A DNA stretch of 59,657 nucleotides, counting the filler. It is 5 parts of 5 records of this genome, joined end to end, with 100 filler letters (N's around TTAATTAATTAA, not from the genome) between each part and the next. Parts side by side here need not be neighbours in the genome. Positions count along the whole stretch, not along the records: positions 1 to 18,869 come from SRR22947727_206; positions 18,970 to 32,932 come from SRR22947727_214; 3 more parts are not named here. One strand, given 5' to 3'. Positions 13,114 to 22,990 of the stretch are shown here, one piece after another; position 1 is the first letter of the stretch; each line of letters opens with the position of its first letter. Position numbers and translations under genes: made by a program. The notes beneath the pieces are model-generated. The model was not told the origin of the DNA. It made no database searches and saw only the letters and a program-made list of their open reading frames with translations.

Positions 13114-14094
13114 CTAATTTTTAATCGAATTAATCAAATTACTCAAGTATTCAGGATTAACTACTTGAAATTCAACAACTTTATTTTTAGAAGGGTGCTT
13201 AAATCCCAGAAAATAGGCATGAAGAGCTTGTCCTGGTAAAGCTTTAACCAGTTCTTGAACTGAAGGGTTTAAATTTCTGTATTTAAGCGTAGGAGTTCTT
13301 CCATATACTTTATCGCCAATAATTGAATTGCCTTTTTCAGTTAAATGGACGCGTATCTGATGAGTTCTTCCAGTTTCTAATTTACACTCAACTAATGAAG
13401 CGTATGTATCACCTTTTTTGTCAAAGTATGTTTCTATTGTTTTGTAGTTTGTTATTGCCTCTTTGCCTTTTATTTTTGAAGACATCATCTTAATTCTATT
13501 TTTGTTACTACGCGATATTAGTGAAACTAACTTACCAGCAGTTGGTTTTAATTTTCCCCAACAAAGAGCTATATATTTTCGATTAATAGTATGTTCCTCA
13601 AACTGCTTAGCCAAATTTAAATGAGCTGCATCATTTTTAGCTATAACAAGCAAGCCACTAGTATCTTTATCAATTCGATGAACAATACCAGGCCTACTGC
13701 TATCACCGATTGTCGACAGACTGTTCCCACAATAGTGGATTAATGCATTCACTAAAGTTCCACTTTTATTACCTGCTCCCGGATGAACAACTAAGCCAGC
13801 TGGCTTATTAATTATTAAAATATCCTCATCTTCATAAACAATATTGAGGTTGATATCTTCTCCTAATAACTTCGAACTCTCCTCGCTTTTTTGATTAATG
13901 GAAATTTTATCATTTAATTCAAGTTTATAATCTGGATCTTTTTTAAACTTATTAACAGTTATGAGCCCTTTTTCAATTAAGGACTTAATTTTAGAACGAC
14001 TAATATTTGTAAGATTTTCAGCCACAAACTTGTCTAACCTATAACCAATGTATTTATTTACATTTACTTCAAGATGATGCATTTTACTGTTCAT
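13114..14094 (-). CDS. rluD: 23S rRNA pseudouridine synthase, RluD/RluA family
   Basis: S4 domain RLDKFVA, INKPAGLVVHPG, catalytic HRIDKDTSG, GRTHQIRVH. Confidence 0.93.
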   Translation of the reverse strand: MNSKMHHLEVNVNKYIGYRLDKFVAENLTNISRSKIKSLIEKGLITVNKFKKDPDYKLELNDKISINQKSEESSKLLGEDINLNIVYEDEDILIINKPAGLVVHPGAGNKSGTLVNALIHYCGNSLSTIGDSSRPGIVHRIDKDTSGLLVIAKNDAAHLNLAKQFEEHTINRKYIALCWGKLKPTAGKLVSLISRSNKNRIKMMSSKIKGKEAITNYKTIETYFDKKGDTYASLVECKLETGRTHQIRVHLTEKGNSIIGDKVYGRTPTLKYRNLNPSVQELVKALPGQALHAYFLGFKHPSKNKVVEFQVVNPEYLSNLINSIKN

Positions 14095-14404
14095 GTCTGA
14101 TAATCAAAATAATTTTCGGGGTTTAAAATATCTCGTTATATTCATGGGCATTCTAATTATTGCTGGTGTTATAGTCATTATATCTACGATCATATACAGA
14201 ATAAATGATGAGGCATTATTCACAAGTGATAACTCAAGTATAAGTGCTCCAACTAATATCAAATTACCAAATGGTGCAAAAATTAATAATATTAATAGCA
14301 ATAGCGAAACTATAACAATTCATTATTCAGTAAATGGTAATACTTTTATCAGTATATTCTCCAATAATAATGGAGAGATTGTTAAGAATTTTAATGTTAA
14401 TTAA
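14093..14404 (+). CDS. Small single-pass membrane protein, unknown function
   Basis: N-terminal hydrophobic helix (LKYLVIFMGILIIAGVIVIISTIIY); divergent from rluD. Confidence 0.7.
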   Translation: MSDNQNNFRGLKYLVIFMGILIIAGVIVIISTIIYRINDEALFTSDNSSISAPTNIKLPNGAKINNINSNSETITIHYSVNGNTFISIFSNNNGEIVKNFNVN

Positions 14405-14407
14405 GCC

Positions 14408-16036
14408 TTAGCCTGCTCGAAAAAACTCTACATTATTTGTTTTTAATGACTTGCCCAAAATATAGTCTGAAGCTTTTTCAGCAATCATCACAGTTGTAGC
14501 ATTTAAATTACCTGTTATTATTTTTGGCATTATAGAGGCATCAACCACTCTTAGATTTTCCACACCATAAACTTGCAGTTTTTCATTCACTACAGATGTA
14601 TTGTCTTTACCCATCTTACATGTACCACAAGGATGATAAGCAGTGTCTCCTTTATTTTTTATAAACTCATTAAGTTCTGTATCTGAGTCGACATTTCCTG
14701 GGTTTATTTCTTTACCTCTATATTCATCAAATGCTTTTTGATGAAATATTTCACGAGCTAATCTTATTCCTTCTCTCATTTCAGAAAGATCATGCTCTGT
14801 TTGCATATAATTAAATCTTATTGAAGGAGCTGAAGTGGGATTAGTAGATTTTAGTTTTATCTCGCCTCGGCTAGTAGGACGCATTGGACCAACGTGAGCC
14901 TGAAAAGCATGACGATCAGGGTTAGTCCTACCATGATCTAAAACTAAAGAAGGAAAAAAATGATACTGAATATTTGGATAATCAACCAGGTCGTTACTTC
15001 TAATAAATCCTCCTGTTTCTAAGTTGGAATAAGCAGCCGTTCCAGTTTTAAACAAAAACCATTCAATACCTGTAAACGCCATTTTTATCGGATTATATTC
15101 ATTAAATAACGTTACAGGTTTTTTACATTCGTATTGTACATATGTTTCAAGATGGTCTTGTAAATTCTGTCCAACCCCCTCTAAACTTTGTTTTACTCGA
15201 ATATCCATTTCTACTAGGTGATTTTGTGGACCAATCCCTGATAACATCAATATTTGTGGTGAATTTATTGACCCTGCACATAATAAGACCTCCTCATCTG
15301 CAAAATATTTAATTGAATTATTATTACTAATACATTCAACACCTTTTGCCTTGCCATTTTCTATAATTATTTTTTTTACATTGAGTTTAGTTTTTATTGT
15401 CAGGTTCTTTCGATCTGAGACAGGGTGTAAGTAAGTATGACTTGTACTCTGTCTTTTACCTTTGAAAATAGTTGTATCCATTAATCCGAAGCCTTCTTGC
15501 TTATAACCATTCATATCATTATTTATTTCATGCCCAGCCTGAGCTGCCGCCTCTAAATAAACTTTTGTTAAAATGTTTCCATTTTCAGATCTAGATAATT
15601 TTAGAGGCCCTTGATCATTTCTAAATTCTTCTGACAGGCCTTCTATATTTTCTGATTTCTGAAAATAAGGTAAAACATTAGCATAATTCCATTCTGATAA
15701 ACCAAGTTGTGCCCAATTTTCGAAATCCATGGCATTTCCTCTTACATGAACCATTCCATTATGAGATGAGCATCCACCAAGCATTTTTGCTCTTGGACAG
15801 AACATCTTTCTATTATTCATATAAGTCTCAGGCTCAGTATTATAGAGGTAATTATATTTTGGATCATGCATTGTATAAAGTAATGCAGCAGGCATAGAAG
15901 TTTTCCATGTTTTATCTGATGGACCTGATTCTATAAGTAGAACTTTATGATCAGGGTTTTCTGAAAGTCGATTAGCTAATACACAACCAGCAGAACCAGC
16001 GCCGATTATTATATATGTGTAACTGTCAATTTTCAT
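14408..16036 (-). CDS. betA: GMC oxidoreductase, choline dehydrogenase/oxidase-like
   Basis: GAGSAG FAD motif, MPAAL, GQNLQDHLE, catalytic YHPCGT and GNLNA; next to a betaine-type ABC transporter. Has an atypical GGCSSHN motif (see findings). Confidence 0.8.
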   Translation of the reverse strand: MKIDSYTYIIIGAGSAGCVLANRLSENPDHKVLLIESGPSDKTWKTSMPAALLYTMHDPKYNYLYNTEPETYMNNRKMFCPRAKMLGGCSSHNGMVHVRGNAMDFENWAQLGLSEWNYANVLPYFQKSENIEGLSEEFRNDQGPLKLSRSENGNILTKVYLEAAAQAGHEINNDMNGYKQEGFGLMDTTIFKGKRQSTSHTYLHPVSDRKNLTIKTKLNVKKIIIENGKAKGVECISNNNSIKYFADEEVLLCAGSINSPQILMLSGIGPQNHLVEMDIRVKQSLEGVGQNLQDHLETYVQYECKKPVTLFNEYNPIKMAFTGIEWFLFKTGTAAYSNLETGGFIRSNDLVDYPNIQYHFFPSLVLDHGRTNPDRHAFQAHVGPMRPTSRGEIKLKSTNPTSAPSIRFNYMQTEHDLSEMREGIRLAREIFHQKAFDEYRGKEINPGNVDSDTELNEFIKNKGDTAYHPCGTCKMGKDNTSVVNEKLQVYGVENLRVVDASIMPKIITGNLNATTVMIAEKASDYILGKSLKTNNVEFFRAG

Positions 16037-16081
16037 TATTCAAATTTAGCAAATATTATATCTATAGTATATAAATACATC

Positions 16082-16966
16082 ATGTTTAGAAATATCAATC
16101 CTAATTATGCTATTATGTATTCAACCATTTTATGGGGAACGTGGTGGTATCCACTTCGACTCCTCAATCAATATGGTGATAATAATGCTATGCCAATAGT
16201 TGCTAGTTTTTTAATAGCTACTATTTTACTTTTTATAATCTCATATAAAAAAATTCGTTTTTTTTCTAAAAAAAATATTTATCTAACATTAATAGCAGCA
16301 GTCTCTGGTGGTGCCGCTATGTGCTTATATAATGAAGGATTACTTCGCGGTAATGTTGGAAGAACTATCCTCTTTTTTTATCTTACCTCTGTTTGGAGTA
16401 CGATGATTGAAGTTTATTTTTTGAATAAACCTCTAACTTATTATAGGGGCATTTCTATTACTGCTGGATTTACTGGTTTGTTTATTATGAATGGTATTGA
16501 TCAAGGGAATTTTCTACCAAACTCCGCTGCAGATTTCTATGGAATAGCTGCTGGAATAATATGGTCCTTGGGTGCAACCATGTTAAGAGTTAATGATGAA
16601 TTAGAAATTAATGTTACAACGGCTCTATGTATTTTATTTGGTGCTATTTTTATATTGCTTGCAACACTTCTACCAAACGGACAAACTTTAAGTGGATTCC
16701 ATTTTTCCATAATATCAGAAAACTTAATTCTAATAACAGCAATGGCTTTAATCTGGATAATACCTGCTTATTGGTTAAATGTAATGGGTTCAGATCAAGT
16801 TGATCCAGGGAGAGCTGGTGTATTAATGATGACGGAAGTACTGATAGGATTTGTATCTGCATACTTACTAGCAAATGAATTAATTACTATTAGGGAGGCA
16901 CTAGGAGCCTTATTTATATTGAGTGCTCCACTTGTGGAGCTTCATTATTCTAAAAAAGACAATTAA
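16082..16966 (+). CDS. DMT (EamA-like) transporter
   Basis: About 10 hydrophobic segments with two-repeat DMT architecture. Confidence 0.8.
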   Translation: MFRNINPNYAIMYSTILWGTWWYPLRLLNQYGDNNAMPIVASFLIATILLFIISYKKIRFFSKKNIYLTLIAAVSGGAAMCLYNEGLLRGNVGRTILFFYLTSVWSTMIEVYFLNKPLTYYRGISITAGFTGLFIMNGIDQGNFLPNSAADFYGIAAGIIWSLGATMLRVNDELEINVTTALCILFGAIFILLATLLPNGQTLSGFHFSIISENLILITAMALIWIIPAYWLNVMGSDQVDPGRAGVLMMTEVLIGFVSAYLLANELITIREALGALFILSAPLVELHYSKKDN

Positions 16967-17100
16967 AACATATACTTAGTATATTAAGTAATTTTTTATC
17001 TAATACTAAACAAAAAAAATGAAATTTCTATTTTTTCACTAGAACCGATTCATCATACATGTTTAAATATTTGAATATCTTAATAATTTAGGGGTTAAAT

Positions 17101-18117
17101 ATGAATATAACAAAAAAACTAATGATATCTGGAATTTTATTTCTAGGTATTGCACTCGGATTTGCTGGGTGTTCAGAAAAGAAAGTAGCTCAATCAGACT
17201 GTGGTTCGATTACTGTTGCTGAAATGGATTGGGCATCTGCAGAAATGTTTGCGCATATTGATAAAGTAGTCTTAGAAAATGGATATGGTTGTGAAGTGGA
17301 ACTAGTTCCAGGTGCAACTATGCCAACCGCTACTTCAATGATGGAAAAAGGTGAGCCAGATGTTGCACCAGAGTTGTGGATTAACGCAGTTAGAACTGCT
17401 CTTGATGCAGCAACTGCTGAAGGCAGACTTCACTACGCAGCAGAGGTTTTCTCTGACACAGGTGAAGAGGGCTGGTGGATACCACAATACATTGCTGATG
17501 CAAACCCAGACATCCAAACTGTTGATGATGCGTTAAATCGTCCAGACTTATTTCCACACCCAGAAGGTGATGGAGCTGCAATATATACATGTCCTTCAGG
17601 TTGGAACTGTCAGCTAAGTACTAATAATTTATTTAGAGCTTATGGTGGCGAAGCAAAAGGCTTTAGAATTGTTGATCCAGGTTCAGGTGGAGCACTCGCT
17701 GGTGCAATCGCTGAAGCGTACGGAAAAGGTGAGGGATGGTTTGGTTACTATTGGGCCCCAACAGCAATACTTGGAAAATATCCAATGAAAAAATTAAGCT
17801 TTGATGTACCTCATGATAATGATGAGTGGAATAGTTGTACTTCTCAAGAAGATTGTGCAGACCCTCAGAAAAACTCATGGGTTGTTTCTTCAGTTTATAC
17901 TGTTGTAACTGATCGTTTTAAAAAAGAAGCAGGAATTGGCATGGATTACATTGTCAAAAGAGCACTTCCTAATAATACGATCAATGCATTATTAGCTTGG
18001 AAAGATGACAACCAGGCAACTGGTGAAGATGCAGCAATGTACTTCTTAAAAAATTATAGTGAATGGCATAACTGGGTTGATAGCTCAGCTAAAGCAAAAA
18101 TTGAAGCTGCATTATAA
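17101..18117 (+). CDS. proX: Glycine betaine/proline/choline-family ABC transporter substrate-binding protein
   Basis: MDWASAE, PELW, GWWIP, CPSGWNC, YYWAPT motifs of OpuAC/ProX-like SBPs; lipobox-like FAGC; precedes proW. Confidence 0.85.
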   Translation: MNITKKLMISGILFLGIALGFAGCSEKKVAQSDCGSITVAEMDWASAEMFAHIDKVVLENGYGCEVELVPGATMPTATSMMEKGEPDVAPELWINAVRTALDAATAEGRLHYAAEVFSDTGEEGWWIPQYIADANPDIQTVDDALNRPDLFPHPEGDGAAIYTCPSGWNCQLSTNNLFRAYGGEAKGFRIVDPGSGGALAGAIAEAYGKGEGWFGYYWAPTAILGKYPMKKLSFDVPHDNDEWNSCTSQEDCADPQKNSWVVSSVYTVVTDRFKKEAGIGMDYIVKRALPNNTINALLAWKDDNQATGEDAAMYFLKNYSEWHNWVDSSAKAKIEAAL

Positions 18118-18130
18118 TAACTACTAATAG

Positions 18131-18156
18131 ATAGTGGGCTAATATCAGCCCACTAT
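18131..18156 (+). other. Intercistronic stem-loop after the SBP gene
   Basis: ATAGTGGGCT / AGCCCACTAT perfect 10-bp stem with no U-tract; typical position for differential mRNA stabilisation in ABC operons. Confidence 0.55.
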
Positions 18157-18180
18157 TCTATAGATAAAAAAATTTTCATA

Positions 18181-18869
18181 ATGAATATAGTCGAATTTTT
18201 CACAACATTTCCCGAAATGAGTAAGTCGGGTCTTCGTCTCTTTAAAAAAACAGTAGATGGAGCTTATAGAAGCTTTTCAAGGGAATATGGAGATGCAATC
18301 GAAGCAGTTTTTGATCCCGTTTTGTATTTTTTAGTATGGTTTGAAAAAGTTCTTCAAAATTCGCCTTGGCCATTAGTATTAATGGCATTTTTATCATTAA
18401 TTTATTTTGGAAGCAGAAGCCTTTCTTTAACAGTAGGGTCTTTCTTCGCTTTTTTACTGATAGGGTATTTTGGTATGTGGGAAGATACCATGTCAACAGT
18501 TAGCATAATTGGTGTCTGTACATTTATATCTATAGGACTTGGTATCCCAATAGGAATATTAATGTCTGGATCTGATAGAGCGCGTTCAGCTATCAGTCCT
18601 GTTCTCGATATTATGCAAACTCTACCTAGTTTTGTTTACTTAATTCCTGTAGTTATGCTTTTGGGTATTGGTAAGATTCCCGGGCTTCTAGCGGTTATAA
18701 TATATGCTATTCCTCCAATCATTAGATTAACTGATTTGGGAATTAGGGAAGTTGATAAAGAAGTATTGGAAGCAGCAGATGCATTTGGAGCAAATAGAAG
18801 GCAAAAACTATTTCGTGTTCAGCTTCCTCTTGCTTTACCAACAATTTTTGCTGGAATAAATCAAACAAT
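18181..18869 (+). CDS. proW: Betaine/proline ABC transporter permease, truncated by contig end
   Basis: LDIMQTLPSFVYLIP, RLTDLGIR, EAA loop EAADAFGA...VQLPLALPTIFAGINQT; runs into the N gap. Confidence 0.92.
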
Positions 18870-18969
18870 NNNNNNNNNNNNNNNNNNNNNNNNNNNNNNN
18901 NNNNNNNNNNNNNTTAATTAATTAANNNNNNNNNNNNNNNNNNNNNNNNNNNNNNNNNNNNNNNNNNNN
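18870..18969. other. Artificial contig linker
   Basis: 44 N + TTAATTAATTAA (stops in all six frames) + 44 N. Confidence 0.99.
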
Positions 18970-18970
18970 A

Positions 18971-19663
18971 ACAGGATCAACTCCAGTTGAAAGAAAAGCC
19001 ATTCAAGATTCAGCGCTAGCTGCAGGAGCAAGACGAGTTCAATTAATCGAAGAACCAATCGCTGCTGCTATTGGTGCGGGACTTCCAATTTCAGAAGCCA
19101 CAGGTTCAATGATCGTTGATGTCGGTGGTGGAACAACTGAGATAGCCATTATGTCTTTAGGCGGTGTAGTTTATTCTAAATCACTTAGAGTTGCAGGTGA
19201 TGCAATGGATGCTGCCATCATTAATTACATGAGAAAGAAATTTAATTTATTAATTGGAGAGTCAACTGCTGAGAAAATTAAAAAAGAAATTGGTACTGCG
19301 TTACCAACATCTAATAATGTTTTCTTAATGAAAGGTAGAGACATTAGAACAGGTACTCCAAAAGAAATCTCACTCAGTGAAGAAGATGCATGTGAAGCAT
19401 TAACGCCAATTTTAAATCAAATGTTGGGTGCAATTAAAGAGGCTTTAGAAAATACTCCACCAGAATTATCTGCGGATCTAGTAGATATGGGTTTAGTTTT
19501 AACTGGCGGAGGAGCCTTACTAAAAAATATTGATAAATTAATTTCAAAAGACACAGGTTTACCCGTAACCATTGCTGACAATCCATTAGAGTGCGTTGCA
19601 ATTGGAACAGGCAAAGCTTTAGAGAATGAAGAATTATTCTCTACGATGTTGTCTGAATATTAA
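18971..19663 (+). CDS. mreB: Rod shape-determining actin MreB, 5'-truncated
   Basis: Frame open from the contig start (TGSTPVERKAIQDSA...IEEPIAAAIGAGLP) into VDVGGGTTE, LTGGGALL. Confidence 0.96.
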   Translation, partial: TGSTPVERKAIQDSALAAGARRVQLIEEPIAAAIGAGLPISEATGSMIVDVGGGTTEIAIMSLGGVVYSKSLRVAGDAMDAAIINYMRKKFNLLIGESTAEKIKKEIGTALPTSNNVFLMKGRDIRTGTPKEISLSEEDACEALTPILNQMLGAIKEALENTPPELSADLVDMGLVLTGGGALLKNIDKLISKDTGLPVTIADNPLECVAIGTGKALENEELFSTMLSEY

Positions 19664-19681
19664 TTTAGTTAAGATTTTAAT

Positions 19682-20539
19682 ATGGCAGAGCAACGAGACG
19701 ATTTACTTATAGCACTACGTTATGCTCTTTTAAAAAAGGGAACTAAGCAAAAATTCTCTTTATTTTTTTTAATTATAGTTTCTGTTCTAGTTATTATTTT
19801 AGATAAATTATCTTATTCCTACATTACTAAGACCAGAGCAGTGCTAAACGATTTTATTTATCAAGTAGCCATTGTCACATCCTCTCCAGAAAAATTTACT
19901 AAATATTTGATTGATCGAGGCATTCATCATTACAGCGTTTATGATGAGAATAATTTATTAAAAGAACAAAATGCTGAGCTAAAAGCTCAAGTAATTAATA
20001 ATCAATTTCTAAAAACTGAAAATGAAATGCTTAAGGAAGCGTTAAAATTAAATAGCAATAAATCGATTGAACAAGATGTTTCTGTTATTGCAAAAGTAGT
20101 GATTGACCAAGAAAGCCCTTATTTAAAATCTTTTTTACTGAATAAAGGAACAAGCGATGGCGTAAAAAAAGGCATGACCGTTTTTAGCGATAAATATTTA
20201 ATCGGCACGATTGTTGAGGCAAATTATTTAACTTCTAGGGTATTATTAATTAATGATCTTAATAGTAAGATCCCAGTGATCATCCAAGATTCAAACGTAA
20301 ATGCAATCTTATCTGGCCAAGGAGTTAAAAGAAGAATGGTCTTGGACTACCTGCCTGAACAGTATCAATTAGAACCAGGAAGGAATATTTACACTTCTGG
20401 AAAAGACGGAATTTTAGCTGCAGGTATTGCAGTTGGCGAAACGTATTACAATGAAAAAGACAAAATAGTGGAGGTAAGAACTCTAGCTGATCTTGATCAA
20501 ACACTTTTTGTTCAAATTACAAACGGGCAACTTAGATAA
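19682..20539 (+). CDS. mreC: Rod shape-determining protein MreC
   Basis: N-terminal TM, coiled coil, NKGTSDGVKKGM, SRVLLIND, TSGKDG; follows mreB. Confidence 0.93.
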   Translation: MAEQRDDLLIALRYALLKKGTKQKFSLFFLIIVSVLVIILDKLSYSYITKTRAVLNDFIYQVAIVTSSPEKFTKYLIDRGIHHYSVYDENNLLKEQNAELKAQVINNQFLKTENEMLKEALKLNSNKSIEQDVSVIAKVVIDQESPYLKSFLLNKGTSDGVKKGMTVFSDKYLIGTIVEANYLTSRVLLINDLNSKIPVIIQDSNVNAILSGQGVKRRMVLDYLPEQYQLEPGRNIYTSGKDGILAAGIAVGETYYNEKDKIVEVRTLADLDQTLFVQITNGQLR

Positions 20540-20541
20540 CA

Positions 20542-21057
20542 ATGTTAAGTTTTAAATTTATAAAAGAAAAATTCATAAAATCTTTACCTCTAGTTATTTT
20601 ATATTTTTTATCTCTTAATTCATTCGTTTTAGTCAACGATATTCCAAACATTGATGTTTTTTCCTTTAACTTACAAATGATCATCATTTATTTTTATGCT
20701 TTGAAATTTCCAGAGTATTTAGGTTTTGGCCATGTTTTTTTAATTGGTATTTTTAAAGATGTTTTAATTGGCACACCATTAGGTTCAACGGCACTTTGTT
20801 ATTTAGTTTTATGCTTAGTGGCAACTTATCTAAGGAATGTAACAATAAGACCAAGACTAGCGAGTGAATGGTTTACTTTTGTGCCTGCTTTATTTTTTTC
20901 AAACGCAACCTATTTTACAATCATTAATAATTTTTCAAATCTATCTTTTTACTATGTAGAATTGTTAAGGGTTACTTTCTTTACTTTTTTATTTTTTCCT
21001 ATTTTTTATTTTTTTCTTAATTCACATTTAAAATTATATAACAAAGACAATGCTTAG
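20542..21057 (+). CDS. mreD: Rod shape-determining protein MreD
   Basis: Hydrophobic, GIFKDVLIGTPLG motif; between mreC and mrdA. Confidence 0.85.
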   Translation: MLSFKFIKEKFIKSLPLVILYFLSLNSFVLVNDIPNIDVFSFNLQMIIIYFYALKFPEYLGFGHVFLIGIFKDVLIGTPLGSTALCYLVLCLVATYLRNVTIRPRLASEWFTFVPALFFSNATYFTIINNFSNLSFYYVELLRVTFFTFLFFPIFYFFLNSHLKLYNKDNA

Positions 21058-22990
21058 TTTTAATTCATCAAACATCGTTAGCAAAACAAGGACTATTGGT
21101 AGAAGAATGTTTCTAGTGAGCTCCTTCAAAGCCATAGTTGTTGTTGGAATTCTTGGAAGACTTGCTGCACTTCAAATTAATCAGTTTCAAAAATATTCAG
21201 GCCTATCAGATAAAAACAGATTTAGAGAAACACAAATCGCTCCTCCTCGAGGCATCATCCAGGATTATTTTGGCAAAGAGATAGCCTCTAATGAAAAAAT
21301 TTATCAATTACATATCACGCCAGAGGATGTCCCTAACACTGACACTCTTTTCTTTAAATTAAAAAATATTATTAATTTAACTGAAGAGAAAGTCTTCCTT
21401 TTAAAGAGAAGGATGGCCAAACAAAAAAGATGGGATACCTTAATAATTGCGGATAATTTAACCTGGTCAGAATTTTCTAGAGTAAACCTATTTCTTCATG
21501 AGCTATCAGGCTTAAGACCTGTCGTATCAATTGCAAGAGTATATTCTGATAATGCTTCAGCCCATGTTGTTGGATATGTTTCAGAAATTACACCAAGAGA
21601 TTTGAAGAACAAGACTTATTTGCAAGATTTAAGAATAAAAGAAGTAGCTGTAGGGAAAACTGGCTTAGAGTCTTTATATGATCAACAAATGTTTGGCACT
21701 CCAGGTTATTTAAGATTTGAGGTAAATGCATATGGAAAAAAAATAAAACAAGTTTCCACCAACAATGGCGAAAAAGGAAAAACTTATCGAACTACTCTCG
21801 ATCAAGACATTCAGGTTCACGCTGCTGATTTAATTAAAGACGTAAGTGGAGCAGTTTGTGTAATGGATATCTATAATGGTGACATTGTATCTATGGTTTC
21901 GTCTCCTGCTTTTAATCCTAATGCTTTTGTGCATGGCATTGATGAACAAGATTGGAAAGATTTAATATCGCATAGAGGCAAACCTTTGCTTAACAAAGCT
22001 ATATCAGGGCTTTACCCTCCAGGCTCGACTATTAAAACTTTAACTGCATTATGTGCTTTAGAGAACGATGTTTTCACTACAAAACTAAATGTGGAATGTA
22101 CTGGTTACATTGAACTGTATGGTGATAGATTTCATTGTTGGAAAAAAGAAGGACATGGAATGGTTAATATGCGTAAAGGTATTAAACATTCTTGTGATGT
22201 ATATTTTTATGAAGTCGCAAGAAGACTTGGTATTGATCGTTTAGCAGTTACAGCCAAGAAATTTGGTTTAGGTGAAAAAGTATTAAAAGGTTTTGCTGAA
22301 GAAAAAGCTGGAGTAGTTCCTGGAACAAAATGGAAATTAAATCAATTAGGAAAAAATTGGTATCTTGGTGAAACTTTACATTCTGGAATAGGTCAAGGGT
22401 ATTTTTTAACCACACCTCTTCAGCTTTGTTTAATGACAGCTCAAATAGCTAATGGTGGATACAAATTAAATCCAAGAATTGTAATAAACGATGATGAAGA
22501 TAAAAATCCATTATTAAATTTTTTAAAATTTAGAAATGAAAATCCAAATGATAGCGCTTCTATAGACGATCAACTTAAAAGATTTAATTTAGAGCCTCTG
22601 TTTAGAAACCAAGAAAATATTAATTTTATCAAGGAGTCAATGTTTGCAGCATCTAATGAGCCAGGCGGAACATCTTACGGATCAAGACATAATGAAAAAA
22701 AATTTATTTTTGCTGGAAAAACGGGATCATCACAAATTAAGAGATTTACCCAAGAGCAAAGGGAGGCTGAGGTTAAGCAATCAGATATAGATTATTTAGA
22801 AAGAGATCACGCTTGGTTTGTAGCTTTTGCTCCTTATCAAGACCCTAAATATGCAATCAGTGTTTTAGTTGAACACGGAGGATCTGGAAGTAGTGCTGCT
22901 GCGCCAATAGCTAAGCAAGTCATTCAAAAAGTAATTGAACGAGATGAAGTTAGAAAAGCTTTCACTAATCAATTAGGTGAGGAGGTATAA
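21050..22990 (+). CDS. mrdA: Penicillin-binding protein 2
   Basis: SxxK (GSTIK), SxD (SCD) and KTG motifs; dimerisation domain APPRGIIQD. Confidence 0.95.
   Translation: MLSFNSSNIVSKTRTIGRRMFLVSSFKAIVVVGILGRLAALQINQFQKYSGLSDKNRFRETQIAPPRGIIQDYFGKEIASNEKIYQLHITPEDVPNTDTLFFKLKNIINLTEEKVFLLKRRMAKQKRWDTLIIADNLTWSEFSRVNLFLHELSGLRPVVSIARVYSDNASAHVVGYVSEITPRDLKNKTYLQDLRIKEVAVGKTGLESLYDQQMFGTPGYLRFEVNAYGKKIKQVSTNNGEKGKTYRTTLDQDIQVHAADLIKDVSGAVCVMDIYNGDIVSMVSSPAFNPNAFVHGIDEQDWKDLISHRGKPLLNKAISGLYPPGSTIKTLTALCALENDVFTTKLNVECTGYIELYGDRFHCWKKEGHGMVNMRKGIKHSCDVYFYEVARRLGIDRLAVTAKKFGLGEKVLKGFAEEKAGVVPGTKWKLNQLGKNWYLGETLHSGIGQGYFLTTPLQLCLMTAQIANGGYKLNPRIVINDDEDKNPLLNFLKFRNENPNDSASIDDQLKRFNLEPLFRNQENINFIKESMFAASNEPGGTSYGSRHNEKKFIFAGKTGSSQIKRFTQEQREAEVKQSDIDYLERDHAWFVAFAPYQDPKYAISVLVEHGGSGSSAAAPIAKQVIQKVIERDEVRKAFTNQLGEEV

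Noticed and set aside
18914-18925. TTAATTAATTAA repeated four times in the window as a possible repeat family
   Set aside because: Always centred in N runs; an assembly linker, not biological.
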